Positions 1 to 13,144 of a DNA stretch of 64,000 bases are shown here, piece after piece. Within the stretch, counting starts at the first letter, position 1, and every line of letters starts with the position of its first letter. The stretch comes from Octopus sinensis (Eukaryota): contig NC_043023.1 in assembly GCF_006345805.1 (NCBI RefSeq), forward strand, positions 3,596,001 through 3,660,000, in the 5' to 3' direction. The notes beneath the pieces were generated by a model that was given only the letters and a program-made list of their open reading frames with translations, did not search any database and was not told where the DNA came from. Position numbers and translations under genes: made by a program.

Positions 1-155
1 AATAAGTTCTGAGGTCGATTTGCTCTCCTGAGATTCGCCAACACTACACTTGATTTTCTCCCCTCATACACCCAGACATTTCTACACTACTGCATGTACT
101 TTATATGCACTTTCTGACAAGTTGTTGGTGCACCTGAGCACTGTATACAATAATT

Positions 156-186
<31 letters not shown>

Positions 187-1174
187 AACTAAAGGCGGTG
201 CTCCAGCATGGCCACAGTCAAAATGACTGAAACAAGTAAAAGAGAGAATATCTACATATATCTATATATATATATATGATGGTCTTTTTTCAGTTACCAT
301 CTACCAAATCCACTCACAAGGTTTTTGTCAGCCCGAGGATATAGTAGCAACATTTTCCCAATGTGCCACACAGTGGGACTGAACTCGGGACCATGTAGTC
401 AAGAAACAAGCTTCTTACCACACAGCCATGCCTGTCCTTGATGGTAATAATGAAGTTTCTCTAACGAAGAGAGAAATTTGTATTATAATCTAATAGCCTA
501 AAATTCACACACTATTACTTAAATGTCTGTTTGCTATGAGATTCATCGTTCATAAAAAGAATTATTTCACGTTCTCTTGAAGTTTCTAACCTCTTCTGAC
601 ATAAGCAACATATTCTTGAATTTGCGTGTGTGTGTGTGTGCATGTGGCTGTGTGTGTGCATGTGGATGGTTGAGTGTGTGTATGAGTGGTGTATGGATGT
701 GTGTGTGAAAGTGAGTGTGTATGTGAGTACGTGTGTGTGTGTGGGGGGTGGGTGAATGTATGTGTATGGATGCGAGTGTGTGTTGGTATGCAAATGTGTG
801 TGTGTATGTGAATGTGTGTGTGGAGGTGAATGTGTGAGTGTGTGAGTGCGTGTGTGTGAGTGAGTGTGTGTGTGTGTGAATGTGTGTGCATGAATGTGTG
901 TGCATGAATGTGTGTGTGTGTGAATGTGTGTGCATGAGTGTGAGTGTGTGGATGTAGGTGTGTGTGGATGTGAGTGTGTGTGTATGTGTGTGGATGCAAA
1001 TTGTGTGTGTGTGGATACAAATATGCGTGTGTGTATGTGTGGATACGAATATGTGTGTGTGGATGCAAATGCGCGTGTGCATGTGTGGATGTAAAAGTTC
1101 ACCGGGGTGCAAAGATGTGTGTATACCTTGATGCATACGTGTGGATTTGTGAATATGTGTGTGTGTGTGTGTGT

Positions 1175-1213
<39 letters not shown>

Positions 1214-1265
1214 ACAATTGGTTAGACAGTCCAAAAGCAAAGAGGAGTCATCATGTACAACTTAC

Positions 1266-1348
1266 CAGGATGTGGTCTCCTGAATGGCCCATCAGGCGTT
1301 TGTGTGACACCAAATAGCAAGAAGGTGAAAACTGTAGCTACAATGCCC
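1266..1348 (-). CDS. PTDSS2: PTDSS2 third coding exon, 83 nt ([28 protein letters not shown])
   Basis: Acceptor tttctcttccag and donor TG|GTAAGT. The peptide matches the PSS signature GIVA...FGVTQ..DGPF.RPHP. The next exon was not found in 1-1265, so the gene continues beyond the window. Confidence 0.95.
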
Positions 1349-1491
1349 CTGGAAGAGAAACAGAGCTTCATCATTACATTGCTCACCAAACCAACAAATA
1401 CATTTACATCATTGTTCAGCTTATAAGGCATGGCTGAGTACTGAGTCTGTTATGATCAACGGAACAGCCTATTCATGAAATTAACGGACGA

Positions 1492-1890
1492 GTGGCTGAG
1501 TATACCACAGACATGCGTAGCCCTAATGTAATTCTCAGGGAGATTTGGCGTGATACAGAATGTGACAAGTGGCTGAGTACACCACAGACATGCATACCCT
1601 TAATGTAATTCTCAGGGAGATTTGGCATGATACAGAATGTGACAAGTGGCTGAGTACACCACAGACATGCGTAGCCCTAATGTAATTCTCAGGGAGATTT
1701 GGCATGATACAGAATGTGACAAGTGGCTGAGTACACCACAGACATGCGTACCCCTAATGTAATTCTCAGGGAGATTTGGCATGATACAGAATGTGACAAG
1801 TGGCTGAGTACACCACAGACATGCGTAGCCCTAATGTAATTCTCAGGGAGATTTGGCGTGATACAGAATGTGACAAGTGGCTGAGTGTTC
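1492..1890. repeat. Minisatellite: 5+ x 77 bp derived from the SINE B tail-1 segment
   Basis: Unit starts at 1492, 1569, 1646, 1723, 1800, 1877. Confidence 0.95.
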
Positions 1891-2156
1891 CACAGATATA
1901 AAAAATAAATGTGCCCTTTTAAAGCCTAGCCAGGCTCATAGGCCCGGTTTCCTGGTTTCAATGGCATATGTGTTCCCCAGCTGGACGGGATGCCAGTCCA
2001 TCGCAGCTTTACTCATTTTTGCCAGCTGAGTGGACTGGAGCAACGTGAAATGAAGTGTTTTGTTCAAGAACACAACGCATCACCCGGTCCAGGAATTGAA
2101 ACCACAATCTTACGACCATGATGCTGATACACTAACCACATATGTATATGTATATA

Positions 2157-2545
2157 AGTTAAGTTAATTTTTTGGCTCAAAAAGCAAAAAGCAAGGCCAT
2201 GTAGGGGGACATGGAGTTATGTACAGGGAGGGTGTTCATGCAAAGAGTTCAGGCCATTTCTGGTCAAGAGAGACTTTGAACCGAGCGGTCATTGGCATCT
2301 TCACTATCTCGTCCGGCAGCTTATTCCACGGATCCGCAACCCGGACGGAGAAAGCCCCTCTCCTTCGATTGAGATGAAATCGTGGCAGATAGAGCTTTTC
2401 AGAGTGACCCCGCAGCCGACGCTCTGGAGCAGGAATGAAGAACAGCTCTTTTGAGAGGTTATACTTTCCGCTTATGATGTTATGAGCAAGAATGAGATCA
2501 GCACGGCATCGTCGTTTTTCTAGAGAATAAAGGTCGAGCGTCTTC
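2157..2545 (-). mobile_element. CR1/L2-like LINE 3' end
   Basis: LYSLEKRRCRADLI...RLRGHSEKL...AFSVRVADPWNKLP...FKVSLD. Short tandem-repeat tail. A shorter copy lies at about 54495-54693. Confidence 0.8.
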
Positions 2546-2940
2546 AGCCTTTCTCATATAGGTGTATGTATATAAGTATATATATATATATATATATATA
2601 TAATAATATATTGTGTGAGAAAGAGAGAGAAGAGTAAAGAGACAGACAAACAGATATACAGACATATGTATACATACATATGCACATGTGACTGTCTGTG
2701 TGTGAGCTCATGTGTGTGAATCTTGTCATAAAAAACAATGAAAGATGTTTACATTCCATCTCTTCATAACATTTAGTCATTTTGTACTTTTGAAGTCGTC
2801 TGCCATGAAATAAAATCTCTCTCTCTTGAAAAAGCAGGTGAAAGGTTGGTGAGAGACCATCAGACCATGAAATTCTAGCTTAGGTACAGTCTTCTCGCTA
2901 CACTTCTGCTAGCAAGGGAAAATCAGACATTATATGATTG

Positions 2941-2978
<38 letters not shown>

Positions 2979-3237
2979 CACGCACACAATTATACATATA
3001 CATACATATATATACATACACTCACACAATTATATACATATATATATATATACACACACACACAATTATATACATATATATATATACACACACACACTTA
3101 TATACATATATATATATACACACACACACAATTATATACATATATATATATACACACACACACAATTATATACATATATATATATATATACACACACACA
3201 CAATTATATATATATATATATATACACACACACAATT

Positions 3238-3275
<38 letters not shown>

Positions 3276-3576
3276 CAAAGGGAAATGGAATTTAATTAAA
3301 ATTAAAAGCATTTAATCAAAATTTACATTTCCAGTGGTCTAACGTGCAAAATATTAGTCAAGAAGACTATATATTAGTCATACGATATAGTGTATATTTA
3401 AACACATAAGGAATTCACTTATAGGAATTCAACATGCTAGAGAGAACAGCTAGGTTACACACACACACACAATTATACATTTTTATATATATACACACAC
3501 AAACATAATTATACATACATATATATATACACACACAAACATAATTATACATACAATATATTATATATATAATTAT

Positions 3577-3623
<47 letters not shown>

Positions 3624-3785
3624 ATATATATACACATACATACACACACACACACACACACATACAATTATATATATATATATAAAAATATGCATGTACC
3701 ACACAGAGTAGAGCTTGGTATAGTTTCTGACTTGCTAGTTCCTGTGAAACTGCCCAACACATGCCAGTATGGAAAATGTATGTTA

Positions 3786-3828
<43 letters not shown>

Positions 3829-4081
3829 CGCCTTCGAAACGTAGAGTAGATGAAACCATGGCGACTGAAGAAGGGGTTTTTTCCTTGTGTTATTTGTCCT
3901 GTACTCTATTTTTTTGTTGTTTAAGAAAAATGTCCAGTTCCTTGGGTTTGTGTCTATGTCTTCGTCTCTCTATGTGTTCGACGTCCTTTTGGTGTCCTGT
4001 ACTCATATATGCGTGTATATATACATGTAGAGGTAGGTACGTACATATATGTTTATATATATGCATATGTTTTATTTATTA

Positions 4082-4112
<31 letters not shown>

Positions 4113-4672
4113 TCTACTTAGCCCATGATCAAGCATATTCCTACAGAATTGAAAGCGTTGCAACCATGCCCTACCAACCAGAAAGAACATTTATGGCTAA
4201 GCTAGTGAAGTGGTACAACCTTTAAAATACCAACTCAAAATGCTTAGTGGTGTTTCATTCAGATCTTTACATTCAGAGTTCAAATCCTGTTGAGGTCACA
4301 ACTTGACCTTTCATCCTTTCAACGAATGGGAAGGTTAATGAAACAGGGCAGATAATCACCAGGGTCAATGTATCCAACTAGCTCCCACCTCTAGCCAAAC
4401 AAGTATTGGCCTCAATGCAACCCAACATGACCCTCCCCTCAAAACTGCCATGAGCCCTGTAAAATTCAGCAGAAGCAACAGAGTGACTCAAAGTCCAAGA
4501 TTTTGTTAAGTGCCAATGCACGAAACTCTCAGCCTTTGAGTCACTCTGTTTCTGGTGCTAAAAGTTAATAAAATGATACTTTTACTTATATTTTGAGTTC
4601 TTTCTTTCTTGTTTGCATCATATATTTTTTATTCTTTTTCTTGTTTCAGTCATTTGACTGCGGTCATGCTGC

Positions 4673-4703
<31 letters not shown>

Positions 4704-5265
4704 GGCTTCTTTCAGTTTCCGTCTACCAAATCCACTCACAAGGCTTCGGTCAGCCCAAGGCTATAGTAGAAGACACTTGGCCAAGGTGCCACGCAGTGGG
4801 ACTGAACCTGGAACCATGTGGTTGGTAAGCAGGCTACTTACCAAACAGCCACTCCTACACACACTCACATATACACATGTCCATATACACACATCCATAT
4901 GCACACTCACATGTACACACATCCATATGTGCACACATACATATTCACACACTCACCTCCATCCATACATACATACTCACACGTACCATTCTCACATACA
5001 CACAAGCACTTGAGCACTTTAGTTTGTTGAGGTCACTTATTATTATTATTATCATTATTATTATTATTATTCTATGTTTAACTTTTGCTTTATATTTGTA
5101 CAAGTTGGCTCCAAGTCTCACCCAGAGACCTCAAGAGACAACAGGTTGGATGTTCACGTTGTTGTTATGCCTAGCGTGCCATATATTTGGGGGTTTTTTG
5201 GGTGTTGTACTAGTGAATGTCTAAACCCCCCCCCCCCCGAAGATTATGTTTGTTTTAAACCTTGA

Positions 5266-5580
5266 GATTACATAGACTGGGTTTCCTGGTATCTGTGTTA
5301 GGTAGCAATCAGCCCCTTTCGCTATCATTCCCAGGGCACCTATGACAACAAGTATTGTTTTAGTCTTCAGGTTCCACATTTTGCTGATTTCTATTTCAAG
5401 ATCTTTATATTTGCTCAGTTTTTGGTAGGTCTTGACAGATATGTTTATATCAATGAGGAGGCAGGTTCTTTGTCTGAAGTCTTTCAATATGATGTCTGGC
5501 CTATTTGCATCTATCTTTCTGTCAGTTTGAATGGTGAAGTTCCAGAAGTGTGAGATGTGGTCATTTTCAAGCACTGGAGG
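5266..5580 (-). mobile_element. RLE-type (R2/R4/NeSL-like) non-LTR retrotransposon fragment
   Basis: W.F.IQTDRKIDANRPDII.KD...CLLID...K..KY..L...W......VVIGALG: restriction-like endonuclease signature. Confidence 0.8.
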
Positions 5581-6554
5581 TGGTTTTATTATTATTATTA
5601 TTATTATTATCTCCCTTTCATTCAGCCCCTTTTTTTCCAGTCATCTCATTTTGTTGGACTGTTGAACTCTGCACATTTTTTTCTCTCTCCATATTGTTTC
5701 TTTCTCTCTCTGTTTTTTCCCCCCTCTTAATCCTTTCTGTCGAAGAGCATAGGCTCAAAGTGTTAAAACTTAAGGTAAGTTTGGCTGCTATTTCTAACAT
5801 GTCAAGAGAGGCTTGCCCAACCTGGCTTCTGGCCATATATTTACTTTTAGTGGTTTGACACATTGTCTTGAAAACTGGGCCAAACTGTTGGTAGGTTTTG
5901 TTTCCCCTCAGAATAATGCCACAAAGATGTTGACCTAGTTTAAAATGGGATGACCTACTTCCATTTACCTGTATAAATTCCTCTGCATATCCCCTACTCT
6001 GACCCTTCTTCACAGTTTGTTAACATCTGATTTTGGTTAACGAATGATGGTGGAGAAATGGGGAGCCGGGAGAGAAAGAGAAGAAAGGAGAGAAAAAGGA
6101 AAGAGGCAAAAGAAAAGAGAGAGGTGTGAGAGACAGAGAGACAGTGAGAGAGAGAAGGTGAGACAGAGAGAGAGAGTGTGTGAGAGGTATAGAGAGAAGA
6201 GAGAAACAGGGAGAGACAAGGGACAGAGAAGAGGCACATGAGAGAGAGGCACACAAAGAGAGAGGCACATGAGAAGAGAGACAGAAAGATAAGTACAGAG
6301 AGAGATAGAGAGAGAGAACAAGAGAGAGACACACACATAGAGGCAGAGAGAGACAGAGACACACACACAGAGGCACAGAGAGAGAGAGAGAGAGAGCGAG
6401 CGAGAGAGAGAGAGACACACACAGTGGCAGAGAGAGAAAGGAGAGGAGAGCCTCTCCCACAATCATAAAATATGACAATTACATCCATGTGTGTAAAGAT
6501 ATATTTACTCTTGTATAAACTCACTGTTTCTTCTTTGACCAGGCTGCTTTTAGG

Positions 6555-7790
6555 AATTCCCATGACTCTCTCTCTCTCAACATTTATTTCCATTACCAAG
6601 AATCTGAATTAGGAACTTGGGACTTCCTGAATCTCTCATTACCTGATTACATAATCATGGACACCACACCTATAGATGCATTGCAGTTGCTCTCTCGGAT
6701 AAAGCTTTGTTAGCCACACACAAACATATAATATGAATATCTTTGTTCCTTCTTGAGCCATGCCTGGCTCATAAGGGCTGGTTTCCCGGTTTCCTTGGCA
6801 TATAGGTTCCCCACCTGGACAGGACGCTGGTCCATTGCAGGTGAGATGCAAGATGCAGGAGGAAAGAGTGGGAGAAAGTTGTGGCGAAAGAGTCAGCAGA
6901 AGTTCACCATTACCTTCTGCCAGAGCCACGTGGAGCTTAGGTGTTTCGCTCATAAACACACACATCGCCCGGTCTGAGATTCGAACACGCGATCCCTCGA
7001 CTGCGAGTCCGCTGCTCTAACCACTAGGCCATGTGCCTCCACAAATATTCCTTCTCGAGCCATACCTGGCTCATAATGGCTGGTTTCCCGGTTTCCTTGG
7101 CATATCGGTTCCCTACCTGGATGGGACACCTGTCATTCGCAGGTGAGCTGCAAGATGCAGGAGGAAAGAGTGAGAGAAAGATGTGGTGGAAGAGTCAGCA
7201 GAAGTTCGCCAAAACCTTCTGCCGGGGCCGTGTGGAGCTTAGGTGTTTCACTCATAAAAACACACATCGCCCTGTCTGAGATTAGAACCCGCGATCCCTT
7301 GACCGCAAGTCCATTGCTCTAACCACTAGGCCCTGTGCCTCCACATAATATAAATATAACATAATAATATAATATAATATAATATAATATAATATAATAT
7401 ACATTAACCGCTTTTGCAGATTCCCATGACTCTCACCATCCAATTCCATTATAAAGAATTTTAATTAGGAACTTGAGACTTCCTGAATCTCTCATTAGCT
7501 GATTACCTAATCACAGACACCACACCTATAGATGCCTCGCAGTTGCTCTCTTGATAAAACTTAGTCATCCACACACCCACATATAATATAAATATAACAT
7601 AATATAATATACATTAACCATTTTTGCAGATTCCCTTGACACTGTGTCACCATCCAATTCCATTAAGAATTTGAATTGAGATCTTGGGACTTTGTCAATC
7701 TTCCATTAGCTGATTACACAACCATGGATTATCACTCCTATGGATGCATTACAGTTATTCTCTTGATAGAAGGTCAACAGTCATGATCCC
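6555..7790. repeat. Three diverged copies of a 200-bp unit, the first separated from the second by two SINEs
   Basis: gattccc.tgac...ccaattccatt...aagaat.t.aatt...ctgattac...cctatagatgc at about 6555, 7400 and 7628. Confidence 0.75.
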
Positions 7791-8230
7791 TGAGCTCTTG
7801 GATTTCTCCACTCAGCTTCATTGTAAGAAGCACCACAGACTTGGTTGAGCCCTTCCACGACCTCTTCACACTCCACCAAGCTGCAGTCACATGACACCAC
7901 CCTGTCCCTACAGGGTGGCTGAATGGGTGTTATACCATGCCAAAGGGCAGCCTGTAACTCTGCAAGGCACAATGGTCACTCCAGGAGGCATTTTAAAAAT
8001 ATTCACATACTTATATAAGCTATGGGTATGTGAATATGATCAAAGCTATTCCAGCTGTGGCCATTCCATCTTTGATCATAGTTCTTCCTGATCAGTATTT
8101 GCCTGGGGCTAAACAACAACAACAAAAACTATAGCTATTAATACCAACAACTATACTATACATTAGATAATGTAGTCCTGGATACACTATGCCTGAATAA
8201 AAGATGGGATGAGCAAGTGTTTTCTACTAT

Positions 8231-8640
8231 AGGCGCAGAAGTGGCTGTGTGGTAAGTAGCTTGCTTACGAACCACACGATTCTGGGTTCAGTCCCACTGT
8301 GTGGCACCTTGGGCAAGTGTCTATTACTATAGCCTCGGGCCAACCAAAGCCTTGCGGGTGGATTTGGTAGATGGAAACTGAAAGAAGCCCATCACATATA
8401 TGTATATATATGTATGTGTGTGTATATGTTTGTGTGTCTGTGTTTGTCCCCCCAACATCGCTTGACAACTGATGCTGGTGTGTTTACATTCCCGTAACTT
8501 AGCGGTTCAGCAAAAGAGACTGATAGAATAAGTACTAGGCTTACAATGAATATGTCCTGGGGTCGATTTGGTCGAGTAAAGGCGGTGCTCCAGCATGGCC
8601 ACAGTCAAAATGACTGAAACAAGTAAAAGAGTAAAGAGTA
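8231..8640 (+). mobile_element. tRNA-derived SINE family A, full length (about 410 bp)
   Basis: Head GGAGTGGCTGTGTGGTAAG...GGGTTCAGTCCC, internal (TA/TG)n, AAGAGTA tail. About 20 copies in the window, e.g. 11753-12163, 15240-15670, 18827-19187, 21900-22330, 27745-28142, 29711-30130, 34984-35407, 42289-42650, 42920-43338, 47015-47425, 55025-55428, 55588-55982, 63778-64000. Confidence 0.9.
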
Positions 8641-8932
8641 TAGCCACAGGCTGGTCAAAGCCTTGTGAATAGATTTGGTAGATGGAAACTGAAAGAAGCC
8701 CATCATACATATATATGTGTGTGTGTGAGTGTTTGTCCGTCCTCCAACACCGCTTGACAACTGGTGCTGGTTTGTTTACATCCCCGTAACTTAGCGGTTC
8801 GGCACAAGAAGCCAAGAGAATAAGTACCAGGTTCTAAAAAAACAAAACATCTTTGGTCACAGATCTGCTGAATCAGAAAAACTGACCAAGGGTCAAGCAA
8901 CGATAAATACAAAAGCAACTGGAACATATTAC

Positions 8933-9034
8933 CTTTTGATATTGAAATTGGTGTTTGGTGAGGTTTCTTCAAAGACCGATACGTAGACCAGTATGAAACT
9001 GAATATGAAGAGTATCGTCAATGTGTGGGCCCGC
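8933..9034 (-). CDS. PTDSS2: PTDSS2 second coding exon, 102 nt (W-RAHTLTILFIFSFILVYVSVFEETSPNTNFNIK-R)
   Basis: Acceptor ttttgtatatcttccacag and donor AG|GTAATA. The peptide matches the PSS2 segment WRAHTLTVLFIL...EET..N.KR. In frame with both neighbours. Confidence 0.95.
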
Positions 9035-10203
9035 CTGTGGAAGATATACAAAAGAAACATGAGAAAGGGTCATTATTTGGGTTGGTTAGAAATAGGGTTA
9101 GGGTTTATGGTTGGGGTTAGGATCTGTGATTACAGCAAGGGTTTACAGTAGTGGTTTCCTACTATTTTTGGTAGAATTCTGGTTTAAGTATCCTATATAA
9201 GCCCTTTTTTTTTTTTAACCCTTTGGAATTTTCAGAAAATTCTTACAAAGGTGTGGCTGTGTGGTAAGAAGTTTGCTTCCCAACCACATGATGCTGGGTT
9301 CAGTCCCACTGCGTGGCACCTTGGGCAAGTGTTTTCTACTATAGCCACAGGCTGATCAAAGCCTTGTGAATAGATTTTGTTGATGGAAACTGAAAGAAGC
9401 CCATCATATATATATATATATAATATATATGTGTATGTGTGAGTGTTTGTCCTTCCTCTAACACCATTTGGCAACTGGTGTTGGTGTGTTTACATCCCTG
9501 TAATTTAGCGGTTCAGCACAAGAGGCCAAGACAATAAGTACCAGGTTCTAATGACAAACAAGTAAAAGAGTAAAGAGTATATACGTACATAAGATAGTAG
9601 GCTGTGATTTAAGTGAGATTTGGCTGCTATTTCTAACAAATAAAACTGCATGTAGATGTCTCCCGTGTTGGGTCATACATATCTGTATATAGGACAGTAT
9701 TTGAGGGAGACTTGATTGCTCTTTCAAGAGTTACCATTTAGAAGTCTCCCTCATTGACTCTTACACACATGCTAGCATAAAGCAGCTGGATGTGATCTGA
9801 GGAAGATTTGGCTGTTATTTCTCAGATATCTGGCTATTATTTCGAGGTTTCCCTCATTGGCTTACTCTTTACTCTTTTTCCCTCTTTTACTTGTTTCAGT
9901 CATTTGACTGTGGCCATGCTGGAGCAACCCCGGGACTTATACTTTGTAAGCCTAGTACTTATTCTATCGGTCTCTTTTGCTGAACCGCTAAGTTACGGGG
10001 ACGTAAACACACCACCATCGGTTGTCAAGCAATGTTGGAGGGGGGGGGACAAACATATACACACACATACATATATATGCATATATACAACGGGCTTCTT
10101 TCAGTTTCCATCTACTAAATCCACTCACAAGGCTTTGGTCGGCCCAAGGCTATAGCAGAAGACACTTGCCTTAGGTGCCATGCAGTGGGGCTGAACCTGG
10201 AAC

Positions 10204-10790
10204 CATGGCATTTAGGACTGCTAAAAATAGCAGCCAAATGTCCCTCAATACACACCCTGATGTTTCATGTATGTATAAATGTATGAGCCAATGAAACAAA
10301 CCTCTACATGGTATTTAGGACTGCTAGAAATAGCAGCCAAATCTCCCTCTAATCACACCCTGCTGTTTTATGTATGCATAAATCTATGAGCCAATGAAAC
10401 AAACCTCTACATGGTAGTTAGGACCGCTAGAAATAGCAGCCAAATCTCCCTCAAATCACACCCTACTGTCTTATATATGTATATAGGTATTAGCCGATGA
10501 GGGAGACCTCTATATGGTAGGTAGACCTGGTAGAAATAGCAGCCAAATCTCCCTCAAATCATATGCTATTGTCTTATGTATATATGTATGAGCCAATGAG
10601 GGAGACCTCTACATGGTATTTAGGACTGCTAGAAATAGCAGCCAAATCTCCCTCAAATCACACCCTTTTTTTATGTATGCATAAATCTATGAGCCAATGA
10701 AACAAACCTCTACATGGTCGCTAGAACTGCTAGAAATAGCAGCCAAATCTCCCATAAATTGCACCCCACTGTTTTATGTTTTTGATCATA
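10204..10790. repeat. Minisatellite: about 5.7 x 99-103 bp
   Basis: Unit starts at 10204, 10307, 10410, 10513, 10612, 10713. Confidence 0.9.
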
Positions 10791-10849
10791 GGTCCACCCA
10801 ATGGTGAATGATTTGGAATTAACAACAACAATAGCAGTGGAAGACTTAC

Positions 10850-10980
10850 CAAAAGAACGTCATGGTTCCATCATCAGAGATTTTCTTCCCTTTCCTTTTC
10901 TCGTCCTCCCAATCATGGGCGGTGGCCATGTGTATCTTGTACACTTCATGGTTCTTGCGCTCATTTCGGACGCTGGCCAT
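10850..10980 (-). CDS. PTDSS2: Phosphatidylserine synthase 2, first coding exon (MASVRNERKN...ISDDGTMTFF-W)
   Basis: ATG in CACCATGG context at 10980. Ends TG|GTAAGT (donor 10849). DDGTMTFFW matches the DDGTNTFFW motif I recall from vertebrate PTDSS2. Phase 2 joins the next exon in frame. Confidence 0.9.
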
Positions 10981-11020
10981 GGTGATCTGTTGCTCAGTTG
11001 ATTGGACAGACAGACCAGTC
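10981..11020 (-). other. PTDSS2: 5' portion (UTR or N-terminal extension) of the first PTDSS2 coding exon
   Basis: Strong acceptor tttcttgcttatatttccacag (AG at 11022-11021), 40 nt upstream of the ATG. The frame is open (TGLSVQSTEQQIT-M). Confidence 0.6.
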
Positions 11021-11189
11021 CTGTGGAAATATAAGCAAGAAACACACTGGTCAGTGGGACAGACAGACAAAGAGGTCAGTACAGTGGATGGGTAAATGGA
11101 CATAAATAGACAAGGGGTGATGGGGAGACAGACACAGATGCACACACACACACACACACACATACATATATATATATACATATATATCA

Positions 11190-11486
11190 CCGTGACCGAC
11201 CAGGCTATCAGATGTTGTTACACATCGCTGGTCACAATGCGCTTCGCATTGTTTTAGCCTTCAAATGACGCCACCCCGCTGGCTAAGCGAGCAGGCCAAC
11301 AGAAGAAAGAGTGAGAGAAAGTTGTGGCGAAAGAGTACAGCAGGGGTCGCCACCACCCCCTGCAGGAGCCTCGTGGAGCTTTAGGTGTTTTCGCTCAATA
11401 AACACTCACAACGCCCGGTCTGGGAATCGAAACCGCGATCCTACGACCGCGAGTCCGCTGCCCTAACCACTAGGGCATTGCGCATC

Positions 11487-11490
<4 letters not shown>
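11190..11490 (-). mobile_element. tRNA-derived SINE family B (tail 2)
   Basis: Same head as the other B copies with a different tail. Also at 45889-46175 and 12810-13005. Confidence 0.85.
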
Positions 11491-11518
<28 letters not shown>

Positions 11519-12774
11519 ATTCAATATACAAAAAGGGTGAAATATAATTAATTGAATAAAATTAATAAATTTCACCTAGTAGATTTATCGGTATGGAAAA
11601 GATCATATTTGGTAAGAATTATATTAATTATAATAAAGGGTTAATTGCAACAAGTTGCTCAAAACCATTAGTAGGAGAAATAGTGATCTATTTGGCTGTT
11701 ATTTCTAATATTTTCGGTATGTGGTTTTAAGCAACATATATATATATATATATACTCTTTTACTTGTTTCAGTCATTGACTGCAGCCATGCTGGAGCACT
11801 GCCTTTAATCGAGCAACTCGACCCCGGGACTTATTCTTTTGTAAGCCCAGTACTTCTTCTATCGGTTTTTTTTGCCGTACGCTAGGTAACAGGGAAATAA
11901 ACACACCAGCATCGGTGTGTCAAGCAATACTAGGGACAACACAGACGCACAAACACACACACGTACTATATATATATACTATATATATAATATATATACG
12001 ACGGGCCTTCTTTCAGTTTCCGTCTACCAAATCCACTCACAAGGCTTTGGTCGGCCCGAGGCTATAGTAGAAGACACTTGCCAAGGTGCCATGCAGTGGG
12101 ACTGAACCTGGAACCATGTGGTTGGTAAACAAGCTACTTACCACACAGCCACTCCTATGCCTATATACATATATATATACGACAGGCTTCTTTCAGTTTC
12201 CTTCTACCAAATTCTCTTACAAGGCTATAGTAGAAAACACTTGCCCAGGTGCAACACTTGCCCAAGGTGTCCCCATAACTTAGTGGTTTGGTAAAATAGA
12301 CTGATAGACTAAGAACCAGGCTTCAAAAACAAATAGTCGATTCATTTGACTAAAAATTCAATGCGGTGCCCCAACATGGCCACGGTCTAACAACTGAAAG
12401 AGGTAAAAGACAAAACATAAAAGACAACAAACAACAGACTGGTTGTCATCCAACATTTTCACCAACATCAACTTTGCCCTTTCACCCTTTACCATTCAAA
12501 CCAACCGTTTCCAGACCAAATATTATTCTACCTGCTTTATGATAAAACTGATCCGATCTGGCCTCTCGCATCTCTTCTGCAATGTTATTCTAAGTGTGAA
12601 CAATCACATTATTGACATCTCAAAGTTGTAAGATAATGCATGATTAATTCAAAACAATTTGAATAAATATGACATTTCACAGAGTAATCTGAATACCAAA
12701 GGGTCGAACATTCAAGGAGTGGAGCTGATAATAAAAGGATGAGTCAGATATTGACATGTCTCTCTCTCTCTCTC

Positions 12775-12805
<31 letters not shown>

Positions 12806-13109
12806 ACACCTAAAGCTCCACGAGGCTCCGGCAGGGGGGTGGGGGGCGATCCCTTCTTGTACTCTTTTGCTACAACTTTCTCTCACTCTTTCTTTGTTGG
12901 CCTGCTCGCTTAGCCACGGGTGGCGTCTTTGAAGGCTAAAACAATGCGAAACGCATTGTGACCAGCGATGTGTAGCAACATCTGATAGCCTGGTCGGTCA
13001 CGGTGATATATATATATATATTGTTAATCCAAACAAGAAAGCACAAAAAACAACAACGCGAGGACGTGGAACAGATATAGTATTATTGGACGCTCAGGAA
13101 AGAAGGAGG

Positions 13110-13144
13110 GTTTAACGTTTCGAGCGGAGCTCTTCGTCGGAAAC
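13110..13144 (-). ncRNA. Minimal hammerhead motif (family C) in a 200-bp (TA)n-flanked element (13021-13220)
   Basis: gttt CCGACGA a gagc-tcc-gctc GAAACGT T aaac: U4C core variant, GUU triplet. Confidence 0.5.

Noticed and set aside
1-1265. Next PTDSS2 exon (expected W(R)FW...YEL...F motif)
   Set aside because: No matching peptide with splice sites was found; it presumably lies beyond the window.
5618-6013. 131-aa minus-strand ORF
   Set aside because: No recognisable domain; overlaps a decayed family B element and low-complexity sequence.
9085-9120. Interstitial telomeric repeat
   Set aside because: Only one or two exact TTAGGG units; better explained as branch-point/pyrimidine sequence on the other strand.
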